DNA of 63,538 bases, the filler included, from Reticulomyxa filosa (taxonomy: Eukaryota; Protista; Foraminifera): assembly GCA_000512085.1 (NCBI GenBank). It is 14 parts of 14 records of this genome, joined end to end, with 100 filler letters (N's around TTAATTAATTAA, not from the genome) between each part and the next. Parts side by side here need not be neighbours in the genome. Positions count along the whole stretch, not along the records: positions 1 to 6,953 come from ASPP01008009.1; positions 7,054 to 13,908 come from ASPP01007466.1; 12 more parts are not named here. The stretch is one strand, 5' to 3'. How positions within the stretch are numbered: position 1 is the stretch's first letter; each line of letters opens with the position of its first letter. The translations under genes and the position numbers were made by a program. This document shows positions 1 through 12,933 of the stretch, one piece after another. Under the pieces are notes generated by a model. It searched no databases. It was not told where the DNA came from and saw only the letters and a list, made by a program, of their open reading frames with translations.

Positions 1-3
1 TAC

Positions 4-693
4 CTTTCCCCACCAGGCGACTTCATGGACGAGACAAACGACATCATCTCTAGCGAGGTTATAGTATTCCCCAGTTATAACAAATGGAGTGATAACAGTG
101 GCGACAATGAAATAGGCAATGGTGCACACATAAATGAAAGTGATAATGCATTGAACATTTTTTCGAAGTGGGCTGTCACCAAACGCCAAATTTAATCTCA
201 ATATCAATACAATGTAGATTAAACATTTGATATATTGCGCCATCAACACACTCAGTTGTTTGTTAATACTGCACGATTTAATTATATGCGGTAAGATACC
301 CCACGCATCTACCATTTTGTGGAGTTTTTTTTTTTGTTTTTGATTTTTTGGATGCCATGGATACGTTTCTTTCTTCTCTCCGTGCCCTCCCCCTTTTCTC
401 GTCATTTTACAGACACATGGGTGGCACACAAGTACGAAACTTGAGCCATAATACAATGCATATAGCGTAGCAAATGCCAAACTGATGGACGTAAAGATAT
501 TAGACAATTGCTGGTATTTTCTTGTCGTTTTTGAATTTTCTAGAGTGTCGGCTTGTTTGTTCCGCAAAAGTCGGTACGTGTGGTGTACCCAAATTGTTAA
601 GGAAATAAATATCGCCAGACAGCTAAGACCGCGCTCAGCGATCCAATAGTACGTCTCAGTTTGCAAGAATTTATCATAGGCTACTAAGAGCAT
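4..693 (-). CDS. Multi-pass membrane protein, GPCR-like (TM1-TM4 visible; continues off the window edge)
   Basis: The frame is open from ATG 693 to the window edge, so it is absent from the ORF track. Probable in-frame GT-AG intron at 440-309. The translation has four hydrophobic segments, a Cys at the start of TM3 (KSCSINK...YIVLILRLNLAF) and a Cys after TM4 (DDVVC). Confidence 0.6.
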
Positions 694-1058
694 TGTTTTG
701 AGGATTCAAATCGACTGGGCAAAAATTAAGCCTTGTTCATCTTACTTTTTAAAACTTGCAGAAAAACAACTGAATTGTCCACCAGTACATATTGCAAATA
801 AAAAAGTACAAAAGCTGCTCACAACACTGACAAACAAGCAATTATCTAAACATTTTTGGTTTTTAGAGCTAGTTATCTCTTTTAGTTTATTATTAGGTTT
901 GTTTTATCTTTCACTTCAAAACGTTTTCATTACTTTCTCAACAATGATAATATGCTTAAAATTGCATAATGGACACATTATTACACTACAAGAGTCGTGT
1001 ATGCTCATAAGATAATAAAAACGATCAATTAAAGCTATAAACACTAATTCAAATTGCA

Positions 1059-3263
1059 ATGTCATTCTCATCACCACACCGGCTCTCTCAAGCCCCAGAC
1101 GCAACTATAGTACAAACTCGCTCTAAAGACACTTTGTACGCACTTGCAGAGCAAATGGACTTGGAGCAGTTGACACACAGAAAAGTCACCGAAGAGCAAC
1201 AGTTAATTAATTCCTACGTGAATAGCGTTGAATTCATTTTAATTTCGCTTTTTTTTTTAAAAAAAAATTTCAGAAAAGAGCTCGAAAAGGTCAACACCCA
1301 ATTGGAGGAAGTGAAGGCCAAACTCGAAGCAGAAAAGGAGCTACGAAGACAACAGGAAAAAGAGTCGTTGGAATCCTTGGAAGAGTGGTTGCACAAGGAA
1401 ACGGAATACAAATTGACTGTCGATTCCTACCAACAATTAGAACAAAAGAACAACATATTAACTTCTAAGCTTAAAGAAGAACTCAATAAAATTTTGGAAG
1501 AGAAATATCTGGAAAGAGGCAAAGTAATTCAAAAAGAGAATGAAATTGATGAATTAAAGAGTTGCACATTTGTATTTCTTTGTTTTATGTTGTTTCTCCA
1601 ACTCTATTAAAATAAAGTTGCTACTTTTAAAAAATGTTTAGAAACTATTTCCAAATTAACATTGCAGCTGCATAAACTCAATTCGGAACAAGAACAATAC
1701 AATCACTCAATGGAACAATTATCAAGTTTGTTCTTAGAAAACTGAAAATATTTATCATTTTTACTTCTTAATACCGACTTTTTAAATTTAATTTTGTAAA
1801 TTTGCTTTCAGGTGAATTGCAACAGCTAAAAACAAGTGATCAGGAGCACTTAGAAAAAATCACGGACTTAACTTCGCAAATAAGTCAAACCAAAGCGCTT
1901 CAGTACAAATATGCTGCCGCCAATGAGAAAATTTCTGATTTGGACAGGTTTGCTTTGACTTTTCTGGTGTTTGCATTTAGACAAAATGACAAAGACACAT
2001 TGGAAAATGTAAACTGATTACAGCAAATTGTTGGCTGCTAACACCGAGATTAGCAATTTGAAGCATGAAATCTTATTGTTAGAAAACAACAAGATGCACC
2101 TCAAAAACGAAATTATGGAACTATCTGTGCAAAACACATCTTTGACACATTCACTTCACAGCAAAGAAGCTGAGTTAGAAGAATATAAAGCCAACTCACA
2201 AACAGAAAAAGAGGGCTTTGAAAAAGCATCACGTGATCTGGAAGAAACGAAAAACATTCAAATTTTTGAATATGAGTCAAAACTCTTGCAAGCAGAAAAA
2301 AACCTGGAGACGCTTAAAGGTATATCTACAATAATCAATTCAGCCGTTTTCGTTTTTTAAAAAGACTTTTTGAATCTACATTTCGAAATGCTTCAATCTA
2401 GCCTCAGACATGATTGTAATTCTCAAACGATTAAAATATAGGGTTAGAAGACGAAGTATTAAAGTATACCACGAAATGCAGTGAATTAGAAAAACAGCTG
2501 GAGGAAGCACAAACGAGCAACTGCAGCAAGACAAACGCAATCCAAAAGATAAGTGCAGAGATGGCAACAAAAGAAAACGAAGTGCGTCATCTAAAGATAA
2601 ACAATTTAGAGTTGATGGAGAAATGCAGTAAATTGCAACAAGATAAGGATCAAATGACAGCAAAAGTAGAAATTCAGAGTTTGACCAAAGAGCATCTCAT
2701 GTGTTTCGTTCATCAGCTGCACGATTTAAGCACCGAAAATGCGCAACTTAAAGAAACACTCTCTGAGATACTTATACAACCCGAGCGCATAACTCCAGGA
2801 AACTGTCATACGTTTGAGGTATGATATACAAATTTATAATTTTTGTTTATGTGTATCGAAGGACGCTTATAAATAAATGGAGACTTAAAAAATAAAAATA
2901 CAAATTGTTTAGACCTCCAGACTCAATAATACTGATGCTGCATGGGTACAACTGCCTCTGGAAGAATTGCAGAAATGGAGGCATCGCTTAAATGTCGAAA
3001 AAAAGAAAGAAGTGAATGATGACAAATTGAAACAAGATTTGGCCGAAAAAATAACTGATCCTGATCCCAATTACTCTGATTTCTGCACTCACTTGAAGAA
3101 ACAAGACCCATCTACCAACAACTTGTGCAACTCCAACGTTTCGGACTTAGATTTCGCTGATATGATCACACATTTGACCGACAGAGCCGATCCCACTTCT
3201 CATCGCTGTTGCAATCGCTTGCAACACTTGAAAGATATTGTCTCAGATCTCAAAAATGTGTAA
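1059..3263 (+). CDS. Multi-exon coiled-coil protein, unknown function
   Basis: Consecutive E/K/L/Q-rich heptad ORF pieces (1059-1610, 1802-2017, 2028-2360, 2561-2824, 2967-3263) separated by short AT-rich GT-AG introns. Confidence 0.65.
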
Positions 3264-3966
3264 CTTTTTTTGAGGCTTGGGAAATAAAAAATATGTAGAC
3301 ATTGTTTTTGTGTGATTGTGATACATATTTATGTTTACAATTTTCAGTTGTCACTATAGTAATAATTAAACTTGTTAGACAATTTTTTGAGTTTTTATCA
3401 AAAAATGAATGTTTCAATTAGCCCAAATTTTGTATAAGTCCATTGCAACTGAAATAACCAATTTTGTAGACAGACGTTTCGATTTTAATTTTTGTAAGCA
3501 AAAGTAGCTGACAGGCTTAAACTTGTCATTTCAAAATACCTATGGTTAATTCATTGTTTTACTCGTTGCTACTAATGTAACTGTTTTTAAATTTGGATTT
3601 ACATTGAATTTCAGCAGTTTTTCATATTAATACAGTCGAGGTAATAATGATACCATTCCAAAGCATTAAGGATTAATATAAATTAGTCTTGTGATAAATC
3701 ATATGTGCAGTGGACAAATTCGTTACACTTCCAAAAAAATTATTTTAGACGTTCAGTGCACTCCTTCCTTCAGACTATTTCTTCAAGAATTGAGAATTTC
3801 TGTGTTTAGTGGAAACATATCAAGAATAATTATTGATTTTATTTATCCAATTACAGCATTATTTGAACAATTCCAATAAATTTCCCTGGTGATTGGAAGC
3901 TTACGGGAAAGTGACTGGTGAATTTTCCAGCACCGCCAATCAACCCAAAAAGGGAGGATAACAAAT

Positions 3967-6953
3967 ATGAGTAGTAGCAAAGAAAATAACAATAGTAAGC
4001 ACGAAGATGAGCAATTGTTGCGTTTGACCATACAACAAGCACTGCAAGCTCAACATGTTTTAGAGCAAACACGTGGAATTGACCGTTTTTTGACACCTTT
4101 CCCAGGTTTTTTTTTTTTTGTCAGCCACCTTTTTTTTTTTTTTTTTTAATTTAGAACGTGTGCTCTACCCTCATATGAAAAAGAGTAAGTCAACGCGGCT
4201 TGTGTGTTGTGTAAATTGAGTAGAAGAAAAGAAGAAAAAAAAAAAAGATGGAAAAGGCGAAGAGCCTGGAAGAAGCGGTGCGACACAAAGCGAAGAGGTT
4301 GAAAATAGTCTGTCTTCGTTAGTGTCGCAAGCATTGAACGTTAAACAAAAAAAATTTTATTTTTTTTTTTTGCACTGGCTTTTCGCAAAGGAAACGAACA
4401 ACAGTACTTTGCAATCTAGTAATGTACAAAAAAAGGTTGATGGATAAAAAAAAAAAAAAAAAAAGGAAATCAAAAAATCGACATTTAATGGCAGGATTTA
4501 GTGGATCTGCACGTGTTCGAAACCGTGTGAACATGGGGGACTTATCACATTATCAATCGATACTATCTCGACTGTCACGCGAGCTGAGTGCAATTGGCTT
4601 GTCAGCAGACTCTTCATTTTTATCACTTACCAACAAACGCTGTGTCGTTTTGGACAAAATTGTCCATCAATACCAGAAAGAATACAGATTGAAAGGTGAT
4701 GCAAACACTTTATTATAAAAGAAAGGGGTTATACTATTTTTTTTTTTTCACCCTCCCCCCCCCCTCCTCCCCTCTTTGCTTCTTATTTGAAGGAGCGTAT
4801 GTTTGCACGTACGATGTGCATGTTTTTTTGAATCCAAATAATAATAACAACAACAATGTTCGAAAGGCATGGCCTCGTCAATTTGCAAAGATTTGCAAGG
4901 CTCAAGCCACTCACTATTGAAAGTGACGGTCGGCACTGGTGTATATATGATGCTGTCCATATTGGAAGATAATGCGCGTACAAACCCCAAGTTGGCTCTT
5001 CGAATCCTCACATATCTGAAAGAGCAACTGGATAATGTGAAACCTTGCGAATTGCAAACATCGGCCAAACTACCCATCCCAAACATTGCAGAAAGCTCGT
5101 TTGACAGTGTCCATGCAACGTTGTACAGTATCGCCAACAATGACAACGTTGACTTGACCATCCGCACCATGTCGTTGGAGCTCTTGTTAATGCTCTCCGT
5201 CACAAGAGGAACCTTGAGTACGTTATTGTCCGTTTTGTATATGCTATTATTTCGAGTTGAGTTATATATGTATGTATATATATATATATTAAAAAAATAT
5301 ATATATGTATATGTATACATACAATATATGTATGTTTGTTTAAATGGCATATGCGGTTGAATAGTTTTCTGCAAATCAACTGTTTTCGATGAGACCCTCT
5401 TTGGTACGCTTGCGCAAAATGCATCGAGAAGTGCAATTGGAGCTACCATCGCAACGCAATCTTATGTTGCGAGTAAATGCGACAGTGGCGATTGGGAACT
5501 CGCGAAAGCTGTCAATGGGCACGGATGACAACTATTTGTATTTCCACAGCGAAAAGGGTATAACGAAAATTGGGACGGGACTGAACAACACGAATCCCGG
5601 ATTTGTGAGCGGACAGATTCGAGAGTATCGAGCCAACGAAAAGTCGAGCATTTGCGTGATTGGCAATAAAATCTATTATCGCAGCACGAACATTGCCCCG
5701 GCGAGTTTGATTGTGCTGTCCACAGAAACGTTGACGGAAATTGGTCATGTGCTGCGCAACGGCGAGGGTACGTATCCGACAGCGAACAATAGCCACGTGT
5801 GCTTTGGACACAGCGAAATGGAGGAAAAGACAGAGGTGGTGGACGAGAGCACGAACAAGGTGGACGACGAAAAGAACGAAAAAGATAGCAAAGAGGCAGA
5901 AGAGAATGGAACGGGCTTCGAACACATACGCAGACGAATGAGAAGGATAATGGACCAAATTGTTGCGTGCGAGGAAGATGGAGCGGACGACGATGAAATT
6001 ACCCCATTGGAAGAAGAGTATGATCGATTGATGGAAATGCTGCCGCCTGAAATCCAAGACGAAATCGTCGAAGAAAATGAACGAGGCGACACGGATGAGC
6101 AATCACCGGAAGAAAAAAAGGAAGTACCAAAAGGTCCCGAGGCCATCCCCCCTTTCAGTCCAATCTTCACTGACGGCCGGTTTCTCTTTGCAGTGGAGGT
6201 CAACAAATTAGAACCTGATCAAGGAGAGGATGAAAAAAAAGGAGGAGAAGAAGAAGAAGAAGAAGAAGAAGAGGACGAAAAAGAAAAAGAAAACGATGAT
6301 AATGAGGATGACGAAGCCAAGGATGCAAATGAAAGCTGGCATGATATGGCGATTGACTTTGAAGATGATGAAACTTCTATATTGCCCTCACTAGACGATA
6401 TCAACCGAAATGAAAGTAAAGACGCCGAAAACTTGAATGCTAAAACCAAAGAGGAAACAATTCTCAAAACACATTTGACCATTCATGCGTTCGACCCAGA
6501 GGAAAAATTAGAACATTGTCACTCGATCACGCTGAAACGACCACCTCCAAAAATCGAGGAATGTGTATTGGATTTTAATCTCCCAGGTGTTTGGAGAAAT
6601 ATAATATACATGTACATATACATATATGTATACGTAATATATTGTTTCCCCCCCCTTTTTTGTTACAAGTACCGTGCCATAAGTATGACAATATGTCCAA
6701 ACTTGTTTCTTCTATTTTTGTAACTAGAGGACATTGCGGAAAAAAGAAAAAGAATGCCAATGCCGGCGATCAATATTCGCGAACTAAAAAAGTGCAAAAT
6801 CCAAGGAAAATACGTCGTGCATAGACTTGGGCTGTCCCAAGGAGTTGAACTTCAGTGGTGCAATAACGATGGAATGTTGGGTCAGATTTCCAAACTCGGA
6901 AAATCGACAAGTTATCAACTTTTGATTCCATTTTTTTTTTTTTTTTTTTTTTT
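3967..6953 (+). CDS. N-terminal part of a giant E3 ubiquitin ligase-like protein (MYCBP2/HECTD4/HERC-type N-terminus), truncated by the contig end
   Basis: Motifs LSVTRGTLSTLLSVL, TDDNYLYFHSEKGITKIGTG and PIFTDGRFLF resemble N-terminal motifs of HERC2/HECTD4/MYCBP2. Introns 4696-4866 and 5256-5363 splice in frame. The 5' exons from 3967 are inferred. Confidence 0.6.
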
Positions 6954-7053
6954 NNNNNNNNNNNNNNNNNNNNNNNNNNNNNNNNNNNNNNNNNNNNTTA
7001 ATTAATTAANNNNNNNNNNNNNNNNNNNNNNNNNNNNNNNNNNNNNNNNNNNN
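6954..7053. other. Artificial contig spacer N44-TTAATTAATTAA-N44
   Basis: 100-nt spacer with a six-frame stop linker, identical at 13 sites. Confidence 0.98.
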
Positions 7054-7205
7054 TTATGATGATAATTGATTTTATCACTGAAAAATCAACATTTAGACCT
7101 ATTTTTTTTAAAAAAAAATATGTCTAAATGTTGATTTTTCATTGATAAAATCAATTGTCATCATAAGATATGTTTTAGGCGTTCAGTTTTCTTTGCAACA
7201 TACTG
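7054..7205. mobile_element. Palindromic MITE with a Tc1/mariner-type terminus (left end lost in the gap)
   Basis: Near-perfect inverted repeat 7054-7166 centred near 7110. On the minus strand the right end reads TA|CAGTATGTTGCAAAGAAAACTGAAC. Related sequence occurs at 37672-37736 and 53011-53019. Confidence 0.7.
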
Positions 7206-7527
7206 TAAGACTTGTTTGAATGTTCACATCTAAGCATTTGCTTGATTATTTACAACTTATGCCAATCGATTTATAAATTAAAAAAGTAATGATTTAATAA
7301 TAATATAATAATATAATATTAACAATATCATTCTGGAAAAAAAACATCTGTTCAATCATATAAAAAATAACAACATAAATTTATTATAAATAATATACTA
7401 TAATGATAGCACAAGTTGTATCAATTGTTCTAATTTGAGGTCATTATCAGGTATTATCTTGGACTTGTACTAGCTTTTATGTATTGCATTGGAACGAATC
7501 TGGTCAACATACAGTGTCATGATTGTC

Positions 7528-7626
7528 TTACTCGCAATCTTGCCGTATCGATACGTAGCCATTGTCTGTGCCAGTCGCAATGATGTCGATATTCGACATG
7601 ACAACCAAACATGTCACCCATTCGAT
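7528..7626 (-). pseudogene. WD40 fragment resembling RRP9/U3-55K
   Basis: IEWVTCLVVMSNIDIIATGTDNGYVSIRQ followed by a stop; the flanking frames are broken. Confidence 0.35.
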
Positions 7627-9226
7627 TTGCACACCGATGTCATTGCTTGGAGTTGCATCAAATCGTTGAATTTCTCATTCATGAACCGTTATAAGATATC
7701 GATGTTGATGCCTTGTCATTGTCCAACATTGTGTTGCTTTCAATCGTTTTCGCACTCGTGTTTCTGTTAACCCTTCTATGCAATTGCCACAACTTAGTTT
7801 TTACTAACAATCTGTATATTACCTCATTTTCGTTTTTTTCGTCGTCTTTTTACTACTATTGCTATTGTTATTATTACTATTGTAGCTATTATTTGTTGTT
7901 GATTTATCTACAACTAATTCGTCCCACCAATTCGATTTGCTGTCATCTGCATTGATTTCTGACACTGTCACAAATGTTTCTCATTTATTTGCGAGCCGAC
8001 AACACGTTCCATTGACGCTTTTTTTTCAATCGTCACACCAATCAAAAATCCAAAAAAATTATTCATATCGCAATTGTATATCGTTTGTATGTTGTTTTTT
8101 TATTTTTTATTTTTTTGCAAAAAAAGGATTTGAAACAAACTTCTTACCAAATGTTTAGACCCATTTAGATTGGAATTCTTTGTATTTGTCCGAACAAATT
8201 GGAAAATCCACTTCTACTACCAGATGGCAAAGATGAATAATATTAAGTAGATTATTTGTTTGTACCATCATCTGTTCGTGATTGCAACACATCTCCTCTA
8301 ACATAGTCTGTCATTACACACAAATAAATTCAAATGGAACTTACAAATGTGGATTTATTTGTTTTGCTAAACCAAAGAAATCACATAGTCTTCGTTGTTT
8401 ATCAAGTATAGTCGATCTGTTAAATCACACAAATATATTTCTTTTTTTTTATGTGTGTATACTTATACCAAAAAATACTATTTTTTCCAAAAAAACTGAC
8501 TGAACACAATATATGTCGATATCTTCTGCTTGCACTGGTGGCCGAAATCGAAGTCGTTGATCTTTCTTTTCTTGGCCATCAAGTCTGCAGTGGACGTACG
8601 TTATGCCGTGATGCGAGTTGCTTGAACGCCGTTTTCTTCTCGTCGATTTTGAACGAAGTACGCGTTACTTTTTTGCTTGAGTCGACTTCTATATCATAAC
8701 AGCAACATGTAAAAAAAAACAACATACATAAAGAAACAAGTGTTAATAATAATATAATGTTAAATTGTTTGCCTTTTTTTTGACCATTCACTTTTTATCC
8801 TTTTATTGAATCTACATTATATACATATATGTGTACGTATAAATAAATAAAAACTTAGTTTATCTGGTCTTTATAGTTCATACAGCACCGGGATTCTTTG
8901 CAGGGTCGACTTTTCCCTTAACGGCAAGTGCGTCCGATGCTGGAACTTTTTCCTCGGTTCCCGTGGATTCAATTACAATTAACAGTTGAATCTTCGATAG
9001 CCACTTTCTTTGCTGTTGGTGTTATCTTATATTTCAATTCTCTTTATTATACAATTGTGATTTGTGAATGACACAAAACTCTTTGTGCTCTTCATCAGCC
9101 TTTCTTTCGTTTTTGCATCGCCAATGCCGTTTTTGTCTGTTTTTTTTCATATCTTTTTTGCTATTCACATTTCCACTCGTTTCTAACACATTGTCAATAT
9201 TTTCAAACAAATCAACAAACAAAACA

Positions 9227-9318
9227 ACGTCAAAAGATAACAACGGATCATCAAAACAATTAGAACAAGCAGATTTAAAAATCATTTTATTGGATGATTC
9301 TGCTGTTGGAAAATCCAA
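9227..9318 (+). pseudogene. Isolated first exon of a RABL2-like small GTPase
   Basis: LKIILLDDSAVGKSK versus the RABL2-type KIICLGDSAVGKSK (P-loop G->D). The likely start codon is ACG. A GT donor follows but no downstream GTPase exon is seen. Confidence 0.55.
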
Positions 9319-9629
9319 GTTTATAAATAAAATGTAAATATACAAATACACAAATACATAATACATTCAATTGTCTGCTGTACATATCGTAAAGAGACTC
9401 CAAATCTGTAGTATATTATACTCAACGTCTTTCTCTGTTAAATATTATTTTTAGAGAACTTTTCAATAACATTTTAGTTTATATGATTATTTAGAGTGTT
9501 GTGTAAACAATGTATTTAATGAAGACTTGTGAAGGATTCTGTTGTGAACGTTTTTTTAAAGATTGACTTAAGTAGCTAAAAAAAATTTTTTAGGTTTGTT
9601 TTTGATTGATTCGTCAATAAAGCAAAAAG

Positions 9630-10541
9630 ATGACTCAAGTTACTATTCCTTTTTGTTTGTTTTTTTGTCATTTTTGTTTTGACACCGAAAAATCTAAAAA
9701 AATCGTGAGAACTACGTATAACACCAATGTTCGCGCGTTAATTGTCAGAAAAAAAAAACCCTATTTGCTTGTGATAGAGCGAAACATCAGCGAAGACAGA
9801 AACTGAGACATCAACACGACGAAAAACTCTTGAGGACAGCTTGAAAGCAAAGGCAGACCTGAAGGAATTAGAAAGCAAAGGAATCTACAAAACTCCTTTG
9901 CAAGTTACTCAGGAAGAGCTCGGAAAATCGTTAATTCGAGATGCTTTAAAAGAAGAACTGAGTGATCGTCCGGCACCCAAGGAGTTGGAAGACGCAGGTC
10001 CTTCCAAAACAAGATTTTTGTTGTTGTTGTTGTTATTAATTATGCGTAGCTTGATTGATGTGATTTTTGTTTGAAAAAATTGAACAGGCATCTTGAAGTC
10101 ACAAATGGATGTAAAGAGAGAAGAATTGGAAAAGTCTCAAAAAATAGACAGCTTGGAACATGAAATGAAGCAACGAATGGATTTGTCGGAAGTGCAGAAA
10201 TCAGGCATTTATAAAACACCAATTCAAGCATCGCAAGAACACTTGCAAAAACAACAAGTTCAGGACACTGTCAAAAATCAATTGACCAAACGACAATCCG
10301 TTACAGAACTGAACGAAGCAGGTGCGAAAAAAAAAGAAATGTTTGGGGGGGGGGCTTGTCTTTGCAATAAATAAACGTATATTTTGTGTGCCTTTGCCTT
10401 TGATGATCAACAGGTATTCTTAAAACTCCAATGGATGTCAAACGTGACGAATTGGAAAAGTCACGACTCAAGGACAACTTGAATAAACAACTTGAAGACA
10501 ACAAGACAAAGGACACGGAAACGACTAAAAACGGATCCTGA
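9630..10541 (+). CDS. Small RPEL-like repeat protein (putative G-actin binding)
   Basis: Exons 9630-9638, 9778-9997, 10088-10321 and 10414-10541 splice in frame. Four repeats: LKAKADLKELESKGIY, LSDRPAPKELEDAGIL, MKQRMDLSEVQKSGIY, LTKRQSVTELNEAGIL. Confidence 0.7.
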
Positions 10542-11303
10542 CAAAACCAAATAAACAAAAAAAAAACCAAAAAGGGGAAAGGTTGTACATACTAAAAAAA
10601 AAATACAAAGGAAATTTTTTTTTTTTTGTCTCATGTGCGCACTGAACACATGCCGGTGTAATTTTGTTCTTTCATTTTACTTTCTTCTTTTTTGTTTTAT
10701 TTTTTTTTTTCTTTGTCCAAATGGCAGTTTTGCTGACATGTTGCTCCTTTCAGTGTCCTTTTTGCGACTGTTATTTCAGTCCAGAAGGTTGTGCTCGTCG
10801 GTAAAAGAAACGACGAGGAGTAAAAGTTCTTTTGGTTTTTGCCAACCTTTGTTTGTAACCCTTTAAAGAGTAATAAACAAGTATTTTTTAAAAATTGAGC
10901 GATTTTCTCGAATCACAACATTACCTTTTCCTAAAACGACTTTTTTGACAAAGATCAAGTTCGTGTACCGTTCATTAACATTTTCAATACAAAAACTGTC
11001 CATGATATAAGAAAGATTTGACTATTTTGATTCTTTGGTCAGGCCAATGGGGACGTCAATGTACTAGATATACTAGATATCTTGAATCAGTGCAAACGAA
11101 ACAATAATGTATTGTTTCATACATTCTAATAGCCAAAATCTGATGATTTTAACTTGAAAATGTTTGTACAAAGAAAGGGGGGGGGACAAAAAGTGTGCAA
11201 ATCAGATGTGAAATAAGAATTAGTGCAATCAACACTGAAATACAAGCCTTTATGAAACTGCCGGATCAGATAAAAATAGAACAAATCACAACAAAATATG
11301 GCT

Positions 11304-12367
11304 TCATTCTACAAGATTTTTTGCTCTGTCCAAAAAAGGGAGGATATTAATCCTGCCATATGTGATGACTTCACAAGAAAGTTTTTTAAGAGGAAACTGA
11401 AAAACTTTATCGATTTGATATCTGTCGCAAATGCTCCGATGCAAATAGCCTTGTTGATTGGAAGCCACGATAGTGTTCCACTCCTCTTCAGGATGCGTAG
11501 AGTCAGTGGCATCCAAAACACTTTGAACAATGCACTCCATATTATAATGGGTATGTCCAAAAAACCAAGCACAAACAGGGTATTGGAACAAGTGCTCCAA
11601 ATGGCTAAAATTCATTTGTATAGACACCTCATTGAAGGAAAAGGGGTCAATGCACCGGTAGTCTGTCGGCGCATGATGTGTTAAAATGATCAATTGCTTA
11701 CGTGCATCGTTGTGCTCACATTTTTCGTTTTCTTTTTGCAAGTTCTCGATTTGATCCATCAACCATGACACATGTTCGTTATGAATTGCCTTCTGTATCT
11801 TCCACCGTCAATTTTCGTGTATCTTTGCGAGCTTTCGAAAGTTCAGGGTCAGTATCTGGTCCCTCTTCCAATTCTATTTCATATCAAACATGTTTTGCGT
11901 CTCTTTCTTTTTCCAACATGCAACAACGAATGCATGTACAAGCATGGATATATATATACATATATACGTATACGTATATGTATGTCCTGATTACTTTGCA
12001 CATACATATCGACGTAAAAACAAATTATTATTATTATTTATTTATTTTTTGGCAAAATAAAGATAACTAGACTCTTCTGGTGCAGACTGTGTTGCTGTAA
12101 TTTCTTCTTTGCTTTTTTGGATTTCAATCATAGTGTAATCGTTAACTTGTTCCATTGCCTGGGAATGCAGCTTCTTGTCAATGGAAGGCCACAACGTGCA
12201 GCCTGCAATTCTAATGTTCGGCAAAACGTCTGGAAATTCGATTGTGTTGCACTGCAAAAAATGTACGTTTTTGAATCCCTCACAAATTGTTTGAATTGAT
12301 GCATGAACTTTGTGATATTCACTTGTGTAATACTCATGGTTTCCTGCCTTATTTTCCCCATATACAT

Positions 12368-12404
<37 letters not shown>

Positions 12405-12933
12405 ATACGTATATGTATATTTTTATTTATACAATTAACAAATACTTTAAAAATAAAAATAAAAAAACAACTACGTATACATTTGCAAATGACTCGAAAC
12501 AGCTAGAGATAGGGAGAGGGGAGGAGGAGGAGAAGGGCATTCACAAGAATAAATGCTTAACTATGACGATTACATGTTGAAAATTTTTGGAAAGCTCTTC
12601 CAACAAATGACTGTATGTTTTCTCTTGAGGATGGCCAATGTCGCCCAGTAATGCTATAATTGGGGCTTTTGGCTTTATTTTTGGCATTGATTCATATACA
12701 TTTGGAAATTCTAAGTGTATATCACTTACTATCTGGATCGAATTGGCTATTATCTCTTCTTTCTTCACATTGATCACTACATTGTCACTTCGCCTTTCTT
12801 CTTTTTTTTCTTCCTTGTTGTCGTTCGCGCTTCGTTTCATTTCATTCAACGCCTTTTGCACTAACAATGCATTTATATCCTCTTTGCTCAATCCCCAGGT
12901 TGTCAATGTAGGTATTTTTTTTGTCTCTGACAT
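11304..12933 (-). CDS. Calcineurin-like metallophosphoesterase
   Basis: Motifs SDIHLE, LLGDIG, AGNHEYY (after splicing), GCTLW, THHAP, GHTHYN and SNQQGY; introns contain TA repeats. Confidence 0.88.

Noticed and set aside
5512-6482. Long antisense or alternative-frame ORFs (also 16496-16972, 27730-28194, 41179-41712, 59282-59776)
   Set aside because: Shadows of real coding exons or low-complexity repeats, with no independent motifs.
6998-7009. TTAATTAATTAA recurring 13 times, which could look like a CRISPR repeat or conserved motif
   Set aside because: Always centred in an exact 100-nt N spacer; it is a synthetic six-frame-stop contig linker. ORFs ending in X..LIN are artefacts.
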